Of a DNA stretch of 64,000 bases, positions 40,329-50,866 are shown piece after piece. Source of the DNA: an uncultured Candidatus Saccharibacteria bacterium (GTDB taxonomy: Bacteria; Patescibacteriota; WWE3; UBA101185; 2-01-FULL-41-18). Within the stretch, counting starts at the first letter, position 1. Each line of letters opens with the position of its first letter. The stretch spans positions 9,669 through 73,668 of the forward strand of contig CAZWQF010000002.1 in NCBI GenBank assembly GCA_964636285.1, given 5' to 3'. The translations under genes and the position numbers were made by a program. The notes beneath the pieces were generated by a model. It saw only the letters and a list, made by a program, of their open reading frames with translations. It searched no databases and was not told where the DNA came from.

Positions 40329-40880
40329 TTGGTTAAAACTGCTTTATTGCCCCATAAAGCCCGTAAAATTTATATGCCAGAACAAAATCAGGATGTTGAA
40401 TATGTGATTAGGCCAACAAAAAGTGCCGTTTTTGCTGTTGCGCTTGGAATTGGATTAATTTTATTAGCTTTTTTTACTTACAGATATTTTAATAATGTAC
40501 AAAGTCCAGAGCTTGGAAGTGGCGTCAGTACAATAAATGACGGGATTCCGGACATGGCATATAAAAGAGGTGATGCCTTAGACGCTAACAATCCAAACGA
40601 TAGCCAGTCAGGTAATACACTTGGAGCACAGATTGGGGGGCAAGACACATCAGGTCCAAGAAATATAGTTTGGACTGCAAACGATCTTAAAAAAGGCGAG
40701 ATTGTTGGAGGAACCTACACTGTTAAGTCGGGAGATACTCTTTGGGAAATTGCCGAAGCAAGATATGGAAATGGTGCTGAATGGACAAAGATTGTGTCAG
40801 CAAACTCAGGTAAAATTGGTTACCTTGCGAACGGAAGACAAGCCCTGATCACAACCGGACAAAACCTTATATTGCCTTGA
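40329..40880 (+). CDS. LysM-domain secreted/membrane-anchored protein
   Basis: N-terminal TM and a C-terminal LysM (YTVKSGDTLWEIAEARYGNGAEWTKIV). Confidence 0.7.
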   Translation: MVKTALLPHKARKIYMPEQNQDVEYVIRPTKSAVFAVALGIGLILLAFFTYRYFNNVQSPELGSGVSTINDGIPDMAYKRGDALDANNPNDSQSGNTLGAQIGGQDTSGPRNIVWTANDLKKGEIVGGTYTVKSGDTLWEIAEARYGNGAEWTKIVSANSGKIGYLANGRQALITTGQNLILP

Positions 40881-40937
40881 TAAAGTAAAGTGTTACACTA
40901 CTTGTAAGCCTTACGTACGCAGTGCGTAGCTGAATGT

Positions 40938-42519
<1,582 letters not shown>

Positions 42520-42523
<4 letters not shown>

Positions 42524-42864
42524 AAAACACCTCCTCTTTCATGTAAGGCCTCGGCTAAGGTTTGATTGTCAAAAATAGACCTCTCAAAGTCATCAAGCCA
42601 TGTAGTAACTAAGAAATCTATATCAGTTGTTATTGCTTTTAATTCAGCCACAGTAAATTCTTTAAAAAGCTCACCTAAAGCTTCTTTCACCTTGGCAAGA
42701 TCTTTATCTTGTCTTTTTTGATCAGGAAACATTACATCAAGTGTTTCATTGATGTTGAATTGGGATTTAAATTTTGAGGCAGATTGATCAAAAACCTGAA
42801 TGAAAGGTGCTATTAACAGTTCTCTTTGCTCTTGGTATATATCTATTCCTAAACTCATGGGCAT
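42520..42864 (-). CDS. Hypothetical small protein co-transcribed with the integrase (possible recombination directionality factor)
   Basis: 114-aa acidic ORF that overlaps the integrase start by 4 nt. The RDF role is speculation. Confidence 0.3.
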
Positions 42865-42871
42865 TATTTAA

Positions 42872-42889
42872 CTATAAATATATTTATAG
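42872..42889. promoter_or_regulatory. Perfect 18-bp palindrome CTATAAATATATTTATAG in the divergent promoter region between integrase operon and T4CP gene
   Basis: Read directly from the sequence. Partially re-iterated downstream (TATATAAATATA). Confidence 0.4.
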
Positions 42890-42982
42890 TGTATATAAAT
42901 ATAATGATAGAGTCAAGTAGTTTTCCTTATAGGTGTACTAAAAAACTAAATAAGGGTATACTTCAATAAATTTTCCTGCCTA

Positions 42983-45565
42983 GTGAAAATAGGCATGACT
43001 GACATTAATCAACTTAAAATTAGTAATGTCATTGAATGGGTATTAAAACACCCATTTTTAGGGTCTTCAAAACTTCCGATTGGTCTTGAAATAGCACTCG
43101 TTTGTCTACTTTCAATATTAGTTTTAATTTTTCTTATTAAATTATTTGGTTTACTCCTAAGTCTTAAGTCTCAGTTAAGCTCAAGTTACGACCTGTTACT
43201 CTTAACTCCACCTAAAGAGATTGAAAAACTCCCAGAATCTACAAAAGAGTTATTTAAGCTTTTACATTCTTTAGGTAAAAACCAACCACTGCTCAATAGA
43301 ATACTCAATGTATTTTCTTGTTATTCATTAGAAATAGTATCTACAAAAGAAAAGGGAATATATTTTCTTTTAAGATGCCCTCAAAGAGATACAGGCACAA
43401 TAAAACGAAGCTTAGTAGCTTACTCTCCTGACATTTTAATTTCAGAAACTAATGACTATTTGAATGACCTAGCTAGTTCAAAAGTCACCGAATTAAAGCT
43501 ATCAGGACACAAATTTTTACCACTAGAGTCACAGGCTAACTTAAAGGCAAGTGACCCAATCGCATATTTAACTGGCATGATGACAAAACTATCTGAAAAT
43601 GAATTAATTGCGTTGCAGTTTGTTATAACTCCTTTTCAAGAAAATAAAGAATTTTTTGAATTAAAGCAAAAGCTAAATTCCAATATTAATGTTGTTGAAT
43701 TACTTAAGCATTCTAGATTTAATCTAGTTAAATTTCTCCCAAAAGTCTTGTATTCAATTATTTCAATTCCTTTTTGGATTATTGAGAACCTTGCAACCAA
43801 TGGGAACTCAAGCTTCCCAAATGTATTTAATGAAGGGACTAGAAAAATCGATTCCTTAAGTCCTAATAATGAAGTTCAGGCAAGAATTCAATCGAAAGTA
43901 ACCCAACCACTTTTTACAACCAATATTAGAGTCCTTGTTAAATCTGATCGCACACTAACGCTTTCAGAGAGAACTCGTGGTTTACTATCTTCATTTAATG
44001 GCTTTACCTATGCCAGTTACCAATCAGTAAAGCCTGTAAGGGTGCTTAAGTTTGAGTTTGTTAAACAAATACTTCTTAAACTTTTCTCAAAAAGAATTGT
44101 AGGAGTATTTAACTCGTCAATTTTATCTGTGTCTGAAGTTTCAGATTTATTTCATTTTCCATTTACACGATCGGCTAAAACAGAAAACTTAGTAAAGCTT
44201 CACTATAAAGAGCTTCCTGCTCCGATATCACTTAAAGGCCAAAAGAAGCTTGATATTGTCTTTGCTAAAAACACTTTTAACCAATCAGAAACCCCTATTG
44301 GACTTACTACTGACGAGCGAAGACGACACATGTACATTATTGGTGCAACAGGGACTGGAAAATCCACAATCCTACTTTCAATGCTTAAACAAGATATTAT
44401 GAATGGTAAAGGAGTTTGTTTAATCGACCCACATGGAGATTTATCTGAGCAAGTTTTATCACTCATACCAGAAAATAGAGTTAAAGATGTTATTTACTTT
44501 AATCCAGATGATACTGAGTACCCAATTGGTATAAATCTACTTGAACAAACACCAGGACTAACGCCTGCTGAATCAATTAGAGAAAAAGAATTTATAGCAG
44601 AAAGCATTATCTCGGTCTTTCACAAAATCTATTCTGATAAATACTCAGGTCCTCGAATGGAGTACATCTTAAGAAATACTATTCATACAGCTTTTACTGT
44701 TCCTGATGCAACGCTTTTTACAGTCCAAAAACTGTTAATTAATACCAACTACAGAAAATCTGTTACAAACAATCTAACTGACGAAAACCTTAAAGAATTT
44801 TGGAAGTATGAGTTTAATAAAGCTGGTGATTACCAGAAGGTTAAGATGATTAGCCCGATTACAAATAAGATTGGACGGTTTTTATTTAGCTCAACTGCTA
44901 AACAAATTCTAGAACAGCCCAAATCAACCATAAACTTTGATGCAATCTTAAACGACGGCAAAATATTAATTTGTAATCTTTCCAAAGGAAAAATCGGTGA
45001 GGATAACTCAAGCATCTTTGGTGTACTTCTCATGGCAAAAATCCAGCTAGCTTCTTTAAAACGAGCGAGAATTAAAGAATCAGAGCGAAAAGACTTTTAT
45101 TTGTACGTCGATGAATTTCAAAACTTTGCTACTTCAGCCTTTGCTCAAATACTTTCTGAAGCGAGAAAATACAGGCTTAACGCAATTCTTGCTCACCAGA
45201 CTACTTCACAACTTGAAGACTCATCCCTAGTTAATGTGACACTGGCTAACACTGGTACCGTTATATGTTTCAGAACTGCTAACCCAGAAGATGAAAGAGT
45301 TGTATTGCCTCAGTTTAGACCTTATGTAGAACAAGGGGAGATAGTTAATTTACCTTCATATCATTTTTATATGAAGCTTGGAGCAATGAACCCTGAAGAG
45401 CCGTTCTCAGGTGTGACTATACCTATCACTGTAAGTAACGGTAGTAATACAAACATGGTAATCGAAAGTTCAAGAAAAAATTATGCAAAAACTTTAAAAC
45501 CAAAAGAAGTTGGGAGTGAGACTAAAACAAACAAATCTACGGTATATAAGCCAAAGAACTTATAA
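42983..45565 (+). CDS. Type IV coupling protein (TrwB/TraD/VirD4-like P-loop ATPase) with N-terminal TM anchor
   Basis: N-terminal TM helices, Walker A (MYIIGATGTGKST) and Walker B (FYLYVDEFQNF), 860 aa. Confidence 0.6.
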   Translation: MKIGMTDINQLKISNVIEWVLKHPFLGSSKLPIGLEIALVCLLSILVLIFLIKLFGLLLSLKSQLSSSYDLLLLTPPKEIEKLPESTKELFKLLHSLGKNQPLLNRILNVFSCYSLEIVSTKEKGIYFLLRCPQRDTGTIKRSLVAYSPDILISETNDYLNDLASSKVTELKLSGHKFLPLESQANLKASDPIAYLTGMMTKLSENELIALQFVITPFQENKEFFELKQKLNSNINVVELLKHSRFNLVKFLPKVLYSIISIPFWIIENLATNGNSSFPNVFNEGTRKIDSLSPNNEVQARIQSKVTQPLFTTNIRVLVKSDRTLTLSERTRGLLSSFNGFTYASYQSVKPVRVLKFEFVKQILLKLFSKRIVGVFNSSILSVSEVSDLFHFPFTRSAKTENLVKLHYKELPAPISLKGQKKLDIVFAKNTFNQSETPIGLTTDERRRHMYIIGATGTGKSTILLSMLKQDIMNGKGVCLIDPHGDLSEQVLSLIPENRVKDVIYFNPDDTEYPIGINLLEQTPGLTPAESIREKEFIAESIISVFHKIYSDKYSGPRMEYILRNTIHTAFTVPDATLFTVQKLLINTNYRKSVTNNLTDENLKEFWKYEFNKAGDYQKVKMISPITNKIGRFLFSSTAKQILEQPKSTINFDAILNDGKILICNLSKGKIGEDNSSIFGVLLMAKIQLASLKRARIKESERKDFYLYVDEFQNFATSAFAQILSEARKYRLNAILAHQTTSQLEDSSLVNVTLANTGTVICFRTANPEDERVVLPQFRPYVEQGEIVNLPSYHFYMKLGAMNPEEPFSGVTIPITVSNGSNTNMVIESSRKNYAKTLKPKEVGSETKTNKSTVYKPKNL

Positions 45566-46027
45566 CGAAGAAAGTTTTCTTATTAACTCATCATTATTTA
45601 TATATTTGTAAGTTGTTAGCCCAGCATGTGACGCGGCTATTAAATTCTCATTTGAATCGTCGATAAATAATATTTCCGAGGGAGAAGCACCTAACTTTAT
45701 TGAAATTTCAGTATAAGCTCCTGGATCCTTCTTGCCTTTACCAAGATCTATAGCAGATATAACGGTGTCAAATACCTCATGAACTTTATCCTTAATCTCT
45801 GGTGCATCTTGTATAGTTTCCGAGGTGAATATAACTAACCTTCGATCTGAATGTTTTTTCAGATCTATCAGTATCTCATCGTTCAGCTTGAAGTAATTAG
45901 TAAAAATAAACCCTGATTCATTCTTTTTTTCTTTATACAAGTTATTTAGTGAGCCAGTATATAGATCATCCGTAGGAAACAAGAGCACTCTTGAAAAATC
46001 GAATAAAAGAATTTTGACCATGTTCAA
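45560..46027 (-). CDS. HAD-superfamily hydrolase-like protein
   Basis: Motif I-like LLFDFSRVL, conserved K in motif III (GKGKKDP) and motif IV (FIDDSNEN). Confidence 0.45.
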   Translation of the reverse strand: MNMVKILLFDFSRVLLFPTDDLYTGSLNNLYKEKKNESGFIFTNYFKLNDEILIDLKKHSDRRLVIFTSETIQDAPEIKDKVHEVFDTVISAIDLGKGKKDPGAYTEISIKLGASPSEILFIDDSNENLIAASHAGLTTYKYINNDELIRKLSSL

Positions 46028-46145
46028 ATTATACTCTAGATTATATATTTTGCCTTATTATCAGATATTGCCAACGGTAGGCAATCTATATACATAAAAT
46101 ACATTGATATTAAGCCATAATTAAAATAGAGTGTCCCTTCTATAC

Positions 46146-46163
46146 TCATATATATATATGAGG
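46146..46163. promoter_or_regulatory. Perfect 18-bp palindrome CTCATATATATATATGAG upstream of the Replic_Relax-like gene (candidate operator or oriT nick-region repeat)
   Basis: Read directly from the sequence. A second dyad (TTGCCAACGGTAGGCAA) lies about 70 bp upstream. Confidence 0.35.
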
Positions 46164-46204
46164 GAGGAAATGTTACAATAACCAAAACTGCCCAAGAAAA
46201 ACAT

Positions 46205-46975
46205 ATGGACAGTACTAAACTATCTCAAAAACAAATTGACCTAATCAAAACTATCTATCGATTCAGATTCCTAACCAGTATCCAGCTACAACAACTCTTT
46301 ACTAATATTCCTCAAAGAACACTCAACTACAATCTCAAACACTTATATTCAAACAACTACATAAACAGACACTATTCAAGAAGTGACAAAGATACATTCA
46401 ATCCAGCTATCTACTTTCTAAATACCCAAAGCATAAATGTATTAAAATCTTTAAACCCAAAAGACTCTGGGATTAATAAAAGGGTATATAATGAAAAATA
46501 TCGCTCACAAACCTTTGTTTCTGGTCAGATTGAGTTAGCAAATTATTTTTTATACCTCTCTCAAAAAGTTAAAGACCAAAAAGCTAGCCTAGATTACTTT
46601 ACTGAAATTGATCTGATTGGAAGTACTCTCTTTATAAAACCATACCCACATGTGTACTTTAAAAGAGTAGATAGCTTAGGTGAAGAGTCTCACTTTATTT
46701 TTGAATATCTTCATGGGGACACTACAAGAGCAGCAATAATTACTCTTATTCAAAGACTGGGTAGACAATTTGAATCAGAGAGATTTCAAAAGAAGCTTCA
46801 AATACAGTTCCCAAGTATTTTGATCATGTGTGAAACCCAAAGAGTTAAAAAAAGGTTAAATACAGAGCTTGTCAAGCGAAATGACTCACTTCAAATAAGC
46901 ACCGAGACTATTTTTATGGCTACAAAAGACGAAGCTTATAAGGGTGAATGGTCTCCTGTTGTTGATAAAGACTAG
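46205..46975 (+). CDS. Replication-relaxation (Replic_Relax)-like winged-helix protein
   Basis: The N-terminal wHTH-like segment (IKTIYRFRFLTSIQLQQLF) resembles PF13814 proteins of Gram-positive plasmids/ICEs. Low certainty. Confidence 0.35.
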   Translation: MDSTKLSQKQIDLIKTIYRFRFLTSIQLQQLFTNIPQRTLNYNLKHLYSNNYINRHYSRSDKDTFNPAIYFLNTQSINVLKSLNPKDSGINKRVYNEKYRSQTFVSGQIELANYFLYLSQKVKDQKASLDYFTEIDLIGSTLFIKPYPHVYFKRVDSLGEESHFIFEYLHGDTTRAAIITLIQRLGRQFESERFQKKLQIQFPSILIMCETQRVKKRLNTELVKRNDSLQISTETIFMATKDEAYKGEWSPVVDKD

Positions 46976-47000
46976 CCCGCAGTTTTTTAGGCTACGGGCT
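46970..47000. terminator. Hairpin (TAGCCCG...CGGGCTA) between convergent genes; candidate bidirectional terminator
   Basis: Inverted repeat TAGCCCG/CGGGCTA with a T-rich loop (CAGTTTTTTAGGC). Confidence 0.4.
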
Positions 47001-47007
47001 AAATGCT

Positions 47008-47298
47008 TTACTGTTTTACTTCTGAAAGCTTCACAGGCTTAAAATACATATCTCGTTCTACTTTTACACCAAGCGGACCAGTTAGGGATTCAAGCTCGCT
47101 CAGTGAAAAATATCCGAGTTCTGGGAAGTTTCCCACCACACACCCAAAGAATGAATCATTACCATCAAACTCAAGCACATACCAAGTCCAACCAGTTCCA
47201 GGTAGAAAAAACTTGACCTTAACTTCTGGATCGTTGATCTTCTCGCAGGAATAGATCTTGGGTAAGCTTTCTCTTAACTCTTTAGTTAATAATTTCAT
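47008..47298 (-). CDS. DUF2958-family protein (common on conjugative elements)
   Basis: MKLLTKE...KVKFFLPGTGWTWYVLEFDGND..FFGCVVGNFPELGYFSLSELESLTGPLG..VERDMYFKPVKLSEV matches the DUF2958 consensus. Confidence 0.75.
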   Translation of the reverse strand: MKLLTKELRESLPKIYSCEKINDPEVKVKFFLPGTGWTWYVLEFDGNDSFFGCVVGNFPELGYFSLSELESLTGPLGVKVERDMYFKPVKLSEVKQ

Positions 47299-47495
47299 CT
47301 AGATTCACCTCCTTTGTTTCAGCCTTTTAAAATTTATTGATCGAAGGCTGCCTGCCTTCGATACCTGTGAAACAAAAAGCGGGGTGAATGTTTGCAAGGG
47401 CGAACTTTAGTGAGTTCATTGAAGCGAAGCGGAAACCCTTGCAAATAGAGGGGTAAGACCCCTGAATAACTTTATGATTGTGATAAACTGCGAAT
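47299..47495. promoter_or_regulatory. Highly structured 197-bp divergent intergenic region (several nested dyad symmetries); candidate multi-operator region or structured leader/ncRNA
   Basis: A 9-bp perfect hairpin ATCGAAGGC/GCCTTCGAT (47340-47362). A 9-bp long-range pair TTGCAAGGG/CCCTTGCAA (47392-47400/47436-47444) encloses hairpin GAACT/AGTTC and a GAAGCG tandem repeat. Hairpin AGGGGT/ACCCCT (47449-47463). A TGTGATAAA extended -10-like box sits just before the ATG at 47496. Confidence 0.4.
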
Positions 47496-48104
47496 ATGAA
47501 AAATGGAATTATTTATATCATGACAACTGCAGTTTCAGGTCTTATAAAAATAGGCCAATCAGGGAATGTTAACTATCAGGAGCGAATGCGTTTTTTGGAA
47601 GCAAATGGTTACTATAATGTATCTGGCTTAAAACGATTTTTTGCTATTGAGCTAGAAGACTACATCGAAAAAGAGAGATTACTTCATGAAATATTTAGTA
47701 AACAACAAATTGGTGATAGTGAGTTATTTGCACTCGATTACGACTTAGTAAGACAGTTGCTTCTTTCGTTTGAAGGTAAGGTAATCTACCCAAAGGATAT
47801 AAAGCAAGAAACCGAGTTTGATGAGGTTGCAAAAGCACGAAGACAAGGACAACTATTTAGTTTTTATAAAAAGGGTCTAAAAATTGGTGACGAAATTGTC
47901 TTTATCGAAGATTCAGAAATAAAAGTTAAAATTGTTGGTGAGCGGGAAGTTGAGTATGGAGGTCAAGTTTGGAAACTATCACCATTAACCTACAAATTAT
48001 TTGAACAAAAAGGCAAACTTAACAACTCAGGAGCGTATCAAGGTGCTAATTACTTCTTGTACAATGGAAAAAAGCTAAAAGATCTTCCTGACATAAACAA
48101 ATAA
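47496..48104 (+). CDS. GIY-YIG-like (T5orf172/MUG113-type) domain protein
   Basis: N-terminal GIIYIMTTAVSGLIKIGQS...RMRFLEANGYYNV...ELFALD matches the T5orf172/GIY-YIG-like domain. C-terminal about 100 aa unassigned. Confidence 0.6.
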   Translation: MKNGIIYIMTTAVSGLIKIGQSGNVNYQERMRFLEANGYYNVSGLKRFFAIELEDYIEKERLLHEIFSKQQIGDSELFALDYDLVRQLLLSFEGKVIYPKDIKQETEFDEVAKARRQGQLFSFYKKGLKIGDEIVFIEDSEIKVKIVGEREVEYGGQVWKLSPLTYKLFEQKGKLNNSGAYQGANYFLYNGKKLKDLPDINK

Positions 48105-48184
48105 CAATTCATTCGATGTGGTTATAGGAATACCTTTATTAAAGCTTGTTGTGAATAAAGTAAAAGTTGATTAATCTATAACTA

Positions 48185-48703
48185 ATGCCAATTACACTTA
48201 TACTGTTATCATTGCTAGTTTTTGCAAGTTTGCTTGCAATCCTGTTTTATATCAAGTTTATTGATGAAAGAAACAAAAATTTAAACCTTCAAGGTAAGCT
48301 TAACCCGTATCAGAAGAAAACACATTTTTTAACTAATCCTGAGCTTGAGCTATTCAAACTTTTAACTACAAGCATTAATGAACGCAAGTTCCATATATGC
48401 CCACAACTTCACCTTTCTACACTACTTAAAGTTAAAGATGACGCTAACGATATCAAGGGTAAATTCGAATGGTTAAATAGCTTATATGTTGATTTTGTTA
48501 TATTCGAAAAAGAAAATATGAATCCAATATTAGTTATAGAACTTAACGATTCCACACACAAATGGGGGAGCAGGCATGCACGGGATCAGTTTGTAGCTAA
48601 AGCGCTAATGGAAAATGATATAAAGCTAGTTACAATTGCTGGCATTAATGCAGATGAAATAAGTATACAAAATATCCTAAATGAATATAATTTAGTAAAT
48701 TAA
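48185..48703 (+). CDS. DUF2726 (restriction-endonuclease-like fold) protein with N-terminal TM helix
   Basis: VDFVIFEKENMNPILVIELNDSTH...RDQFV matches the DUF2726 core (PD-(D/E)xK-like). Confidence 0.55.
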   Translation: MPITLILLSLLVFASLLAILFYIKFIDERNKNLNLQGKLNPYQKKTHFLTNPELELFKLLTTSINERKFHICPQLHLSTLLKVKDDANDIKGKFEWLNSLYVDFVIFEKENMNPILVIELNDSTHKWGSRHARDQFVAKALMENDIKLVTIAGINADEISIQNILNEYNLVN

Positions 48704-48708
48704 CAAAT

Positions 48709-49032
48709 ATGAAAGTCAAAATTGTTGTTTTTGTACCTAAAACTCATACAGATATAGTTAGAAAAGCCATGGGTGATGCAGGAGCTGGAAAAATAGGCTT
48801 ATACAGCCACTGCAGTTACTCTTCAGATGGAGTAGGTAGATACATACCAATGGCTGGCGCAGACCCATTTATTGGACAAGTTGGTAAGTTTGAAGAAGTG
48901 GTTGAAGAAAAAGTCGAGTGTATCTGTGACAAAAGTATTGCAAAAGAAGTTATTACTTCAATGAAAAAGGTACACCCGTATCAAGAGGTGGCATTCGATA
49001 TTTACCCTCTTATCACAGAAGAAGATCTATGA
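48709..49032 (+). CDS. PII-like small protein homologous to the NIF3/YqfO insert domain (COG3323-like; HPYxE motif)
   Basis: MKVKIVVFVP..H.D.VRKAMGDAGAGKIGLYSHCSYSS.G.G.Y.P..GADPFIGQVG..E.V.E.K.E...........V..SMKKVHPYQEVAFDIYPL resembles the NIF3 insert/CutA-like PII fold family. Confidence 0.5.
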   Translation: MKVKIVVFVPKTHTDIVRKAMGDAGAGKIGLYSHCSYSSDGVGRYIPMAGADPFIGQVGKFEEVVEEKVECICDKSIAKEVITSMKKVHPYQEVAFDIYPLITEEDL

Positions 49033-49532
49033 TGTTTGTTAAACATTATGTAAAAGAGTTACCGAATAAGGGGACAGGTGTTTTTTCCTCAGAATTTATT
49101 CCTAAAGGTACTTTAATTTGGAAACTCACAAAGTCAAAGTCATACAATAGATTTGAGTGGGAACAACTTCCAGAAGATCTTAAGAAAGAAGCCTATCCTG
49201 ATTCAGACGGAAACTTCATTGTTGCAGAAGGTAAAGAAGAATCATGGAATCATAGTTGCAATGCAAACACTTGGTGGAAATCAGATAATGAGCTATCTGC
49301 GAGATTTGATATTAATAAAGATGAAGAAATTACTTATGACTATGCAACAACAGATATAGATGAAAATCCTTTAAATAATGAGGAATACCCGTGGATATGT
49401 GTATGTGGTCAACCAAACTGTAGAAAAATTTTACATTGGAACGATATTTTAAAACCAGAAATATATAAGCTATATGAAGGACATTTACCATCCTGGGTAG
49501 AGAAATTTGTCAGTCAAAATATAAAAATATGA
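49029..49532 (+). CDS. SET-domain protein (putative lysine methyltransferase)
   Basis: The NHSCNAN (NHSCxPN-like) motif, EITYDY (ELxxDY-like) and a post-SET Cys cluster (CVCGQPNCRK). Overlaps the flanking genes by 4 nt each. Confidence 0.7.
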   Translation: MMFVKHYVKELPNKGTGVFSSEFIPKGTLIWKLTKSKSYNRFEWEQLPEDLKKEAYPDSDGNFIVAEGKEESWNHSCNANTWWKSDNELSARFDINKDEEITYDYATTDIDENPLNNEEYPWICVCGQPNCRKILHWNDILKPEIYKLYEGHLPSWVEKFVSQNIKI

Positions 49533-50200
49533 AGCTAGCAATTTTAATTCCAGGTTATCTTGATTCACCTGAGTACACACATTTAATAACACTTGATAAA
49601 GAACTAACAAAATTTGGTTATTCAGTTAAACGATTAGATATATGTAATCTTTGGAGTGGTGGCAAGATTGAAGATTACACACTTTCAAACGCGTTAACTC
49701 AATTAAGTAATACTATTCAACAATCTTTGTCCGACAAACCAGAAGAAATTATATTAGTCGGCCATAGTATGGGTGGGCTACTTTCAATAGTTGCAGGCGA
49801 CAAGTTTGAAGAAGTAACTAAAGTAATTGCAATCTGCCCGCCACCTGACACTTTAGGAATGGCGGGTAAATGGGTGGGTGAAATAAGAAAATCTAAAAGA
49901 GACTTACCCGAAGATAGTTCTAAATTTAGAGAATTTGAAGTTCCTATAAATTATTTATCTGATTCATTAAAATACTCTGCAGTTGATTCAGTTAAAACCC
50001 TAAAGCATCCGCTAATGATTTTAATCTGTATGAGTGATACTTCAGTACCACCAGCTGAAAGTGAAAAAATAGTTAAATTAGCAAAAGAACCACATGTTGT
50101 GAGACTTGAAGGAATTGGGCATGATTTTAGACATTCAATAAAAGATAGTAATGAAGTTTGTAATGAGGTTTTGAAATACCTTCAATCACATGTTCGATAA
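49529..50200 (+). CDS. Alpha/beta-hydrolase (esterase/lipase-type, GHSMGG nucleophile elbow)
   Basis: VGHSMGG motif, with catalytic Asp/His candidates downstream (GIGHDF). Confidence 0.65.
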   Translation: MKLAILIPGYLDSPEYTHLITLDKELTKFGYSVKRLDICNLWSGGKIEDYTLSNALTQLSNTIQQSLSDKPEEIILVGHSMGGLLSIVAGDKFEEVTKVIAICPPPDTLGMAGKWVGEIRKSKRDLPEDSSKFREFEVPINYLSDSLKYSAVDSVKTLKHPLMILICMSDTSVPPAESEKIVKLAKEPHVVRLEGIGHDFRHSIKDSNEVCNEVLKYLQSHVR

Positions 50201-50777
50201 TACAGAGTATTTAGAGCTAAAAGCTAAGTATGGAGGCTTTTCAAGCTGGGCTATATGGGACAAGCTCAATGAAAGTGATACTACAATAATCGATAGGCAT
50301 ATTGAATCTTTAAATTCAAACTCAGTATTTTTAGGACTAAATGTATCGTCAAAGCTAATAAATAAACCATGGAGTAACTTTCATGGAGGCAAGCATGATA
50401 GAAAGATTAAATACGCGTGTAATGATACTGAGTTAAGAGGATCTTATATAACAGATATATTTAAAGACTTAGATGAATTACATTCAGAGAATGTTAAGTT
50501 AAAACTGACACCGGATGTACTTATAAATAGCATTAATCAGTTTAACAATGAAATGAAGGATATAAAACTAACTAGTAACTCAACGTTCGTGATCTTTGGA
50601 ACTCCAAACTCTCTAATAGCAAGGTGTTTTAACGAATATTTTAAACAAGATTATAGGAATCCAATCGTGTTTCACTATCACTACTCCTATTACAGCTTGA
50701 CTGATCGACAGTGGGTAGAAGGTTTATGGGATAAGCTAAATATAAACGCTGATTTTAATAACATTAAATCAAACTAA
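50190..50777 (+). CDS. Hypothetical protein, last gene of the overlapping 4-gene module
   Basis: 195-aa ORF that overlaps the hydrolase gene by 11 nt. No family recognised. Confidence 0.4.
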   Translation: MFDNTEYLELKAKYGGFSSWAIWDKLNESDTTIIDRHIESLNSNSVFLGLNVSSKLINKPWSNFHGGKHDRKIKYACNDTELRGSYITDIFKDLDELHSENVKLKLTPDVLINSINQFNNEMKDIKLTSNSTFVIFGTPNSLIARCFNEYFKQDYRNPIVFHYHYSYYSLTDRQWVEGLWDKLNINADFNNIKSN

Positions 50778-50866
50778 TAGAAAAAAATAACTAAGAAGTC
50801 TTGCAACTAAATTATAACTTCGTCTCAATTTCCGAAACCTCTATGCTTAAAAATTCAAAAATGAAA

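Noticed and set aside
48709-49032. Assignment of the 107-aa protein as divalent-cation tolerance protein CutA
   Set aside because: Only the C-terminal HPYQE motif resembles CutA. The N-terminal two-thirds match the NIF3/YqfO PII-like insert pattern better (…AGAG.IG.YSHCS…HPYEE.A.DIYPL), so it was called generically PII-like.
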